A stretch of DNA of 64,000 nt from Candidatus Coprovivens sp. (lineage in GTDB: Bacteria; Bacillota_I; Bacilli_A; RF39; UBA660): positions 80,813 through 144,812 of the forward strand of contig JBJFGS010000025.1 of the NCBI GenBank assembly GCA_051892935.1, in the 5' to 3' direction. The position numbers were made by a program, and so were the translations under genes. The notes under the pieces were generated by a model. That model did no database searches, was not told where the DNA came from, and saw only the letters and a program-made list of their open reading frames with translations. Shown in pieces: positions 57,501 through 64,000 of the stretch. The first letter of the stretch is position 1. Every line of letters starts with the position of its first letter.

Positions 57501-60500
57501 CTATTTCAATTAAAGAAGAAATTCTAGTTAAATAATAACCATTAATAGACAAAGCCTTTAAAACTAATTCCCTATATCTTTCCATAGTATTAGGAAATAG
57601 AAATATTAAATCAGAATTATAATCAAGAACAGTAAAACATAAATCAAAATCTTTCTTTAAAAAATCAGGTAAATAATTATAAACACAACCATTTTTATAT
57701 TCAACCAGCTTTAAAGCAGTCTCTTTATCATTTATCAAATTAGGTATAAAAGTAAATACAATAGGATATTCTAACAAATGATCTTTTGCATACCTAACAA
57801 TAATATCTAAAGAATGATTCGCATATGCAAAAGTACTTTCATCAAGTTTCATAGCATAATCAAGAATATCAATATCATCTTTAAAAGTATCACTTAAGTA
57901 AAAATAAACGCTTGAAGCGGAATCCTTTTTCATTAGTTTAAATATAATTTCTTTATTATTTAAAATAGAAGGAACATACTTATATAAAGAAGGATAATCA
58001 TCTATAATATTTGTAACACTATTAATAATATCTTGATCATTACAATCAACATATTTAATATAAAACAAAGGATCATCTAAAAAATACTTCTTAGCCATAT
58101 CATATTTTTTTTGAATAAATATTTCCAAATCAGTAAAATTATTAGCAAACCACTCTACTACATATTTTTTATCAGAACAAGAATTAAGTATATCATCTAT
58201 AATCGTTAAAGATTCTTTTTCTTTAGGTAATTCATTCAACCTCAATAAAACAGTAAAGTTTTCTTTACTTGAATAGTCAAAATTATAATACAACGAAGCA
58301 TCAATTCCAAAAGAATTAAGAAATTCCTTAAAAGGTCCATCAATATACCAATTATTTCTAAAAAAAATTGTAAAATCATAAATAAAATCATATTTATTCT
58401 CACTATAAATTTCAGAAAGTATATCCTTAAGTAATAAATATAAAGAATCATCAACTTCATTAATTAAATCTTTTCCTATCTGTAATAAAGATTGTATTCC
58501 TAGATTTTTAAGTATTTCCCTATCAACCTCAACGCCATTTTTTAAAGCAACTGAAACAGTATGTGAAGAAGATTTAAAAGAAAAATTATACCCACTCTTA
58601 AAAGCTAATAAAACATAATCATCATCTACATAGCCATGATAATAATCTAAAACACTAGGATAAAAAGAAACAATTTCCTTTACCACTTCAGAATTTAAAT
58701 ATCGAGCATCAATATAACTAAGTATTAAAGGATTTTCCTTTATAAGTTCAACAACTGAATTAGAACTCATATCATAATAAAATAACTTACTACATAATTC
58801 AGGTTGTTCTCTAGCAATAATCTTTAATAAATTAATATCTCTTCTCTGTTCAACATTTAACAATTTTATAATATCAGGATTTTTTCTAACAAACGAAGCC
58901 AAAGAATGATAATTATTTACAATATCAGAAAAAAAGATAATATATCTAGAGTCAGAATCAATTCTACTTCGTAAATACATTAACTCATCATCTGAAAAAC
59001 TGATTTTCTTAATAAAAGAATTAAAATATTTATTAGTAAGAATCTGTTCTTCAGGAAAATAGCCACCTAATAAAGCTTTTTTCAAAACATCTTCTTCAAT
59101 TCTGTCATAATAATATGATATAAAATCATAAAATCCCATTATAACCATTTTTCTTATAAGAAAAATTTTAGTATCAGTATTTATAGAATAAGAATTAATA
59201 ATTTCACGTATCTTATCAACACTTAAATATTTTAACAATTTAGTAAGTAAAACTTTATTATTTATAGTACTAGAAGACAAATCAACATAATTAAAAAGAA
59301 CATATTCATTTTCATCAATTTCATCAAGAAGTACTTTATCACTAACACCAATAATCTTTTGCATTTTTACAATACTATTCTTATTAAAACCAGTTCTATA
59401 CATTTTTAAAATAATACTAGAACTATCATAAATATAAAGACTAGAATTACTCTCAGATAATTTTACAAATAGATTAACAAGTTCTTGTTCATATTCAATT
59501 TTAATAAATCTACTAATAACTAAAGCATTCATAACAGGATGCTTTTTAAACATTTCAAAATTATATCCTGATTCAAATAAAAAATCGATATCTTCATCAG
59601 AAAAATTATTAATTACATCAAGTATTTCAAATCTATTATTTAAAATGTATTTTCTCATCAATAATGAATTAAAAATCGCCGAAGAACATAAATCCTTTGA
59701 ATCAGGTAAATAACCATTCAATAAACTATAATATAAATCAACTGCTTCCTTACAATCATTCCCATAAAAATGCAAATACTTAATTCCTCTATCATCACCT
59801 TTTTTTAAAAGAAATACAACTGAATCAAGAGATAAATCTGTAAAATCATTAATATATGGAAGAATATCATCAAAAGAAATACCGCTTAAAATAGCTTTTT
59901 CAATAACAGAACGAGTAGGATTATTCTTTAATAAATCCATCAAATAACTAGAATCATACTCAATAAATTTTTCTTTTAATATTGGAATATTCTGAACAAC
60001 TAATGGCAAAGAAATATATTTTTCATATGAAATATCTTTTAAACCTATTTTTTCTAAATCAAAATCACTTAAATACAAATTTTCAGTAGCTAATACATCG
60101 TAATGGCCTTCATTAACAAACTTATATATAATATCTTTAGACAAATCACATTTACCATATTTAGAAATAGCTTCTTCATACATACTATATGTAATATAAT
60201 CCAAATAACTATTAACTAAATTTTTATCGTTTGAATAAAGTAAAGGCAAATACATTCCCTTTTGTACAAACGCCTCAATGAAAACATTTTTATTAGTATT
60301 ACGAGAAAGATTAATAGCAAAATCATCCACTGTAAGACCATTATCAATAAGTTCTAAAGCAACAGGTAAAGAAATAGAAAAGCTACTATAAGAACGATAT
60401 TTATCCCAATCACGAGAAACAACACAATATAAAAAATTAATTTCCTCAGAATTCCTATAATCATCTTTTAACTGATATATACCACTTTTAACAAGTTCTA

Positions 60501-61569
60501 AAACATAATTAAAACAATTAATATCAGTCAATACCGAAGTCAAACCACCTATTAATGAATAATCATTATTTACTACAAAATATCTAGCAAGAGGAAAAGA
60601 ATCTAAAATATTAGTAAAAGAGTTAATTCTTTCTAAAGAAATATTATTATTTTGAATAAAGTTTATAACATCCTCATTAACAGCTTCTTTAGAAGCATAC
60701 ATTAAAGCATCAATTTTACCATCCTGTAAAAGATTTAATAATAAAGGAGAACTTTTTTTATAAGACCCATCATATAAAGAATAATCATAAAAAGAAAAGT
60801 CAGAATAATTAACTAAATCAGCAGAAGGATTAGAAGCTAAAACTAAAGCTTTACTACCTCCTATATCAATAAATCTTTTTACAATATTTTCATCATTCAA
60901 AATTGAAATATCATGATCATTCATATACATAGTAATTATATATTCAAAAAAAGCCTTAAAATCAAAATCACATTTAGATAATTCAATTAATAAATTAGAA
61001 AAATCAGCTTTAAAATTATTAGAATATCTAAAATATTTTCCCAAATATTTATAATTGTTATTGGAAATCATTAAAGCTGCAAGCTTAGGACTAATACTAT
61101 AAGAATGTTCAACTAACAAATCGACTTTATCAGGATAAAGAATATATATATCATATTGAAAACTACCTAAAATCTCAAATTTTTTCAAAATATCATCTAT
61201 AGAAACACCATTATTCAAATAATAATTTAAGTCATTTAAATCAAAAATAGCTCCATGAACATCAGTATATTCCTTATCACGATAAAAGTAATCTAATAAA
61301 GAATAATAAAACTCATCCGAAATGAAAAGTTTAGAATAAAATAAGTTATCAAGCCCATTATCAAAATCTAATTCACTAATAAATTCTTCATCACCAATAT
61401 ATTTATCAACAAATAAGAAATAATCATTATGAATTTTATCTCTAAGAGTATTCAATATATAATCAATATCTCTTTCTAAATAATCAGTATCAATATTATA
61501 TTTTTTAAATATTTCAAGCAAGGAATCTTCCTCTAACAATTTCAAAAATTTAATAACATCTTCGTGCAT
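54574..61569 (-). CDS. Giant repeat protein (2331 aa) with C-terminal kinase-like domain
   Basis: Uninterrupted 6996-nt ORF. TGcTATAAT extended -10 and RBS aggtg upstream. No signal peptide or TM seen. Helical repeats, including DUF4116-like ~26-aa units. C-terminal K/E/D-x4-N/D landmarks. Confidence 0.85.
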   Translation of the reverse strand: MHEDVIKFLKLLEEDSLLEIFKKYNIDTDYLERDIDYILNTLRDKIHNDYFLFVDKYIGDEEFISELDFDNGLDNLFYSKLFISDEFYYSLLDYFYRDKEYTDVHGAIFDLNDLNYYLNNGVSIDDILKKFEILGSFQYDIYILYPDKVDLLVEHSYSISPKLAALMISNNNYKYLGKYFRYSNNFKADFSNLLIELSKCDFDFKAFFEYIITMYMNDHDISILNDENIVKRFIDIGGSKALVLASNPSADLVNYSDFSFYDYSLYDGSYKKSSPLLLNLLQDGKIDALMYASKEAVNEDVINFIQNNNISLERINSFTNILDSFPLARYFVVNNDYSLIGGLTSVLTDINCFNYVLELVKSGIYQLKDDYRNSEEINFLYCVVSRDWDKYRSYSSFSISLPVALELIDNGLTVDDFAINLSRNTNKNVFIEAFVQKGMYLPLLYSNDKNLVNSYLDYITYSMYEEAISKYGKCDLSKDIIYKFVNEGHYDVLATENLYLSDFDLEKIGLKDISYEKYISLPLVVQNIPILKEKFIEYDSSYLMDLLKNNPTRSVIEKAILSGISFDDILPYINDFTDLSLDSVVFLLKKGDDRGIKYLHFYGNDCKEAVDLYYSLLNGYLPDSKDLCSSAIFNSLLMRKYILNNRFEILDVINNFSDEDIDFLFESGYNFEMFKKHPVMNALVISRFIKIEYEQELVNLFVKLSESNSSLYIYDSSSIILKMYRTGFNKNSIVKMQKIIGVSDKVLLDEIDENEYVLFNYVDLSSSTINNKVLLTKLLKYLSVDKIREIINSYSINTDTKIFLIRKMVIMGFYDFISYYYDRIEEDVLKKALLGGYFPEEQILTNKYFNSFIKKISFSDDELMYLRSRIDSDSRYIIFFSDIVNNYHSLASFVRKNPDIIKLLNVEQRRDINLLKIIAREQPELCSKLFYYDMSSNSVVELIKENPLILSYIDARYLNSEVVKEIVSFYPSVLDYYHGYVDDDYVLLAFKSGYNFSFKSSSHTVSVALKNGVEVDREILKNLGIQSLLQIGKDLINEVDDSLYLLLKDILSEIYSENKYDFIYDFTIFFRNNWYIDGPFKEFLNSFGIDASLYYNFDYSSKENFTVLLRLNELPKEKESLTIIDDILNSCSDKKYVVEWFANNFTDLEIFIQKKYDMAKKYFLDDPLFYIKYVDCNDQDIINSVTNIIDDYPSLYKYVPSILNNKEIIFKLMKKDSASSVYFYLSDTFKDDIDILDYAMKLDESTFAYANHSLDIIVRYAKDHLLEYPIVFTFIPNLINDKETALKLVEYKNGCVYNYLPDFLKKDFDLCFTVLDYNSDLIFLFPNTMERYRELVLKALSINGYYLTRISSLIEIDEEMVVAALKTAPSILFQLPLEFLNERTFAYIDDFSTIDRHLLSVSKVLKIIHFSNFDINNKNNCFFVADFLLSNLKDFRLIDKNDNVIRSVFANAINSYDSDLTNENGFTFRKIVTVLPFIDLEIFDSDLQIVFKNALFILKSNGKLNTLEKNPVFNYDVVKYIYPLFGLEFVLDVIKYNTPAVSVISKEIKANNANLLSSYYDIVCRYNLFDNDDKRVHYAFRNFDKYKELIIDICNSNYELSEIDISNLRKVIIGNNLYDIKTYDELKQYEKKTQDFWMIKLNSNNIAEIKNVLATLFGYADIASLAKDFNNFQLNNYLNLKTLREDIIECYGLERANQIFKECFYNKKDVAIITLMSRIIESQNINELKDLMTKLINDNAGVLDYCDEVRNIIAKIRLLHNYQFNGRLTNIEDLKSKRIDKGDPNNPYGVTIIEMNSEKFNFLVHRIYSYDTNMSGFKEMLINDPSLWTKLEGASTLSTSSISDKGFWFINNRDNNGVVYLFNSLPKSFMLFMNGRDLFVEHGGYKIEPTANINAFTNLNALNQCSCYKHCSYNEVAGFREGMLPCALACVGDVPNEATIRAAKYFSDFLGVDVPIIKFDVYAYDTKKVEDLKKAKADFKISPNYSLMYSIFFDGIQENNPNVSIKEKVDYCLTILNDKYRNSEISFDYLCKSLYEMESIVCQIIVDLPDCKKELTRIGLFRKTLTVLRGMSKEEIVALETANLGESGIMYRYDIDDDSFLLKPAVDKNNYALQPFRADIQEAASKLQEFLSPGTSVRVESIGGKLRFSKQELVEISEDNSDVLKDWVNKGGELDYCYSSALLREYVIDFLLCNFDCYVGNFIIDSSNNLRGIDKEQSFRFISDDRTLNADYSFTPNGNHRIPIYQILFTRYRNGEIDLDLSVITDTINKVKLLSDDDYKDLFRKYAVSLGKDKADQVLELILKRRNDAIIKMEEYVLELENLKKSGGVTL

Positions 61570-61657
61570 AATTAAACACCTATTTTCTTATATAATTATA
61601 GCACAAGTAAAATGATAAAAAAAACAATATATGTTATAATTAAAACGAGGTGACAAC

Positions 61658-62011
61658 ATGAAACTTTTAAAAGAATCAACAATCGAAATAAAAAAATCCA
61701 AATTCATTGGATTATGTTACGAAATAACATCAGTTGAAGAAGCAAAAGAAATAATAGAAAATTTAAAAAGAGAACATAAAAAAGCACGTCATATCCCATA
61801 CGCCTATAAAATCAATAATACTGCTAAAAAGACAGATGATAAAGAACCAACAAATACTGCAGGTTTACCAATATATAATATTTTAGAAAGAAAGAATCTT
61901 AATAATCATTTAATAGCTGTAATAAGATATTTCGGTGGAATAAAACTAGGTGCCGGAGGATTATTAAGAGCATATAGTGAAGCTGCAAACGAAGCAACTA
62001 AAAATTTATAA
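61658..62011 (+). CDS. YigZ/IMPACT-family N-terminal domain protein
   Basis: IKKSKFIG...RHIPYAY...RYFGGIKLGAGGLLRAYSEA. Only the ~115-aa UPF0029 domain is present. Confidence 0.8.
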   Translation: MKLLKESTIEIKKSKFIGLCYEITSVEEAKEIIENLKREHKKARHIPYAYKINNTAKKTDDKEPTNTAGLPIYNILERKNLNNHLIAVIRYFGGIKLGAGGLLRAYSEAANEATKNL

Positions 62012-62026
62012 AATAAAACAAAAGAA

Positions 62027-62059
62027 AAATACTATATCAATAATCGATATAGTATTTTT
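62027..62059. terminator. Bidirectional hairpin terminator
   Basis: 12-bp stem aaatactatatc / gatatagtattt with a T run, between convergent genes. Confidence 0.75.
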
Positions 62060-62583
62060 CATACCATTACGTCCCTTATGTCCTTTCTCGGTCTAGCCTT
62101 TGGGAACTGATCTGGTAGACCCACACCTACGCATGAAACAGTTTCATAAGGGACATTAAGAACCTCTTTAATTTCATTATTGATAAGGTTAGTATTACCT
62201 ATCCAGATAGTACCAAATCCCATATCCGTATACGCAAGAATCATATTTTCAATACAAGCACCAATAGAAATAATATCCATATCACGATTCTCAACCACTT
62301 CGTTATCGATAAAAACCATAATTAAATGGGGAACGTTCCGAATAATACCCGCGGTATGAGGACCGGTATGCCCGGGAATATTTCTAGTCTTGTTTTCTAA
62401 TAAATCGGCAATAGAACTTTTCTCCGATGCACTCAGTATTTTAAACTTCCAAGGTTGTCTATTGTGGGCACTTGGAGCTTTTATACCAGCAAGAATACCT
62501 TTCATCAAGGCTTCTTCATCTAATATGATACTCTTATATTTGCGTATACTCCTGCGAGATTCAATCACATCACTGAGTAACAT
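62059..62583 (-). CDS. Nitroreductase-family protein
   Basis: IESRRSIRKYK...APSAHNRQPW; 174 aa. Confidence 0.85.
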   Translation of the reverse strand: MLLSDVIESRRSIRKYKSIILDEEALMKGILAGIKAPSAHNRQPWKFKILSASEKSSIADLLENKTRNIPGHTGPHTAGIIRNVPHLIMVFIDNEVVENRDMDIISIGACIENMILAYTDMGFGTIWIGNTNLINNEIKEVLNVPYETVSCVGVGLPDQFPKARPRKDIRDVMV

Positions 62584-62748
62584 ATCCTATCACCTACATT
62601 TATTATAACATAACAAAATAATATTGCAATACTTTTTTTGAAAAAATAAAATATTAATAAAAAAACTCATATAAGAGTACTAAAATTTGACATACCTACT
62701 CTATAATATTAAAATATGTAATATTAGAAAAAGGGGGTAATTTTTATT

Positions 62749-63966
62749 ATGGCAAAAACTATAAGAATCGCTGGAAAAAATTTTAACGCAAATTTCTTTT
62801 ATACTTACATGAGAAAAAACTTTGGTGAATCATTTGCACACAGTAGTCTTTCATTTGAAAAAGAATTCGAAGAAAGTAAAAAACTAGCTCAAAGGCTAAG
62901 TGAATTCATGTCTCAAAGTAATTGTGCTTATGCTACTAAATTAGAAAATGGTTCTAAAGAAGATTTAGAATTATTAAAAACAAGATACAGTGAAATAGCT
63001 ACAGTATTAGAAAAAATATATTCTGTACCAAAAGAAAGATATATCCTAGACGAAGATGAAGAAGATTATTCACTATGTATCGATGATTTCATACCATATT
63101 TTAAAGGAGCTGTAAGACCTTATCGTAATAAATACGAAATAGAACAAGCTCGCCTAGCAGGCAAATTAACTGATGCTCCATACGAAAATGAATCTCTAAT
63201 CGATAAAGTAAAAGAATTAGCAGACCTAGTAAGTTTAAAAGTTGCTGCTGATAAAAAAGCATATAATTTAAAAAAAGGAAATAACGAAGCATATGCTTAC
63301 GCTTTAGGTTTAAAATCAATAGGTATTCCGGAAATAATTGAAATAAATGCAAAAGTAAATAAAAATTCAGGAATTCATACTGGATTCAAAACAACAGACA
63401 ACGACATAATAAACGCTCCATTCAAGACATGTCCTAAAGAATTAGTTCCAATAAAAATGCAAGAGCTACTTCATAATTATAATTATGTTTGGGCGCAAGG
63501 CATCCCTCCATTTACTGAAGGTGTCGATGACGAAAAACAAAAAATTGCTCATTTAAGAGCTGTTTGTGATAGAGAAGCAAAATTCCATATTGCATTCGAA
63601 AGAATACATCCATTTGAAGATGGTAATGGTCGTACAGGAAGAATAATTCTAAACGCTCATTTAGTCGCAAACGAACTAGCTCCTGTTTTAATTACTCCAG
63701 AAATGCGTGAATTCTATATAGAATGTATAGATACAGACAACTATCAAGCTTTAAGTCAGCATATAATGTCAATATCAAGTGTATGCTTAACAGAAATGGT
63801 TTCACAATATCGTAGAACAAAAGGTATAGATCCAGATGAATTAAGAATTTCCGATGTTCAACAAAAAGGTCATCATACAGCAGTCAAAGTATACATACCT
63901 GAAACACAACAAGAAAAAACTGCTCAAGGCGACGAGGATGTTAAAATATATCGAATAAAAAGATAA
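62749..63966 (+). CDS. Fic-domain protein
   Basis: Canonical Fic motif HPFEDGNGRTGR (H-x-F-x-[DE]-G-N-G-R-x-x-R) near the C-terminus of a 405-aa ORF. The N-terminal ~280 aa were not recognised. Confidence 0.9.
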   Translation: MAKTIRIAGKNFNANFFYTYMRKNFGESFAHSSLSFEKEFEESKKLAQRLSEFMSQSNCAYATKLENGSKEDLELLKTRYSEIATVLEKIYSVPKERYILDEDEEDYSLCIDDFIPYFKGAVRPYRNKYEIEQARLAGKLTDAPYENESLIDKVKELADLVSLKVAADKKAYNLKKGNNEAYAYALGLKSIGIPEIIEINAKVNKNSGIHTGFKTTDNDIINAPFKTCPKELVPIKMQELLHNYNYVWAQGIPPFTEGVDDEKQKIAHLRAVCDREAKFHIAFERIHPFEDGNGRTGRIILNAHLVANELAPVLITPEMREFYIECIDTDNYQALSQHIMSISSVCLTEMVSQYRRTKGIDPDELRISDVQQKGHHTAVKVYIPETQQEKTAQGDEDVKIYRIKR

Positions 63967-63993
63967 AAGTGTTAGAAAATCTAACACTTTTTT
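63967..63993 (+). terminator. Rho-independent terminator
   Basis: aagtgttag-aaaat-ctaacactt followed by ttttt. Confidence 0.8.
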
Positions 63994-64000
63994 ATTTAAC

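Overview
Strongly AT-rich chromosomal segment of a low-GC Bacillota-like bacterium. The genetic code is standard: TGA and TAA act as stops and Trp is TGG. About 60 protein genes are packed with short gaps and many hairpin terminators. The backbone is housekeeping and resembles, from my memory of the B. subtilis map, the spoVB-comN...relA-dtd-hisS-aspS-yrvM(tcdA)-yrvN(rarA) region. It contains a T-box leader followed by hisS-asnS-aspS-gatCAB, then relA, dtd, tgt, queA, uvrC, gpsA, rarA, mscL, a U32 peptidase, a ZIP transporter and a Xer recombinase. Gene orientation flips from mostly + (1-12.8 kb) to mostly - (13.7-61.6 kb). A 28-bp dif-like site sits exactly at that switch (13608-13635), so the window probably spans the replication terminus. 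Items not explained by housekeeping: (1) A 2331-aa ORF (54574-61569, -) made of helical repeats, whose C-terminus has protein-kinase-like catalytic landmark spacing. It is coupled to a 71-aa ORF and lies next to a low-MW tyrosine phosphatase. (2) A four-gene accessory insertion (20807-27929, -) between gatB and tcdA. It holds a HerA/DUF87-type ATPase with a low-complexity tail, two large paralogous proteins of unknown function, and a 267-aa protein. (3) A five-gene, translationally coupled, membrane-associated AAA+ cassette (6701-11312, +). (4) An array of five degenerate ~62-bp hairpin units next to dif. (5) A ~170-nt GC-enriched structured-RNA candidate upstream of tcdA. (6) A T-box whose specifier and discriminator readout looks like Asn rather than His. 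Also present are a decayed IS3-family element, a decayed LysM/GH25 gene, a Fic protein and an orphan RnfC/RnfD-like pair. All functional calls rest on motifs I recognised by eye; no database search was run.
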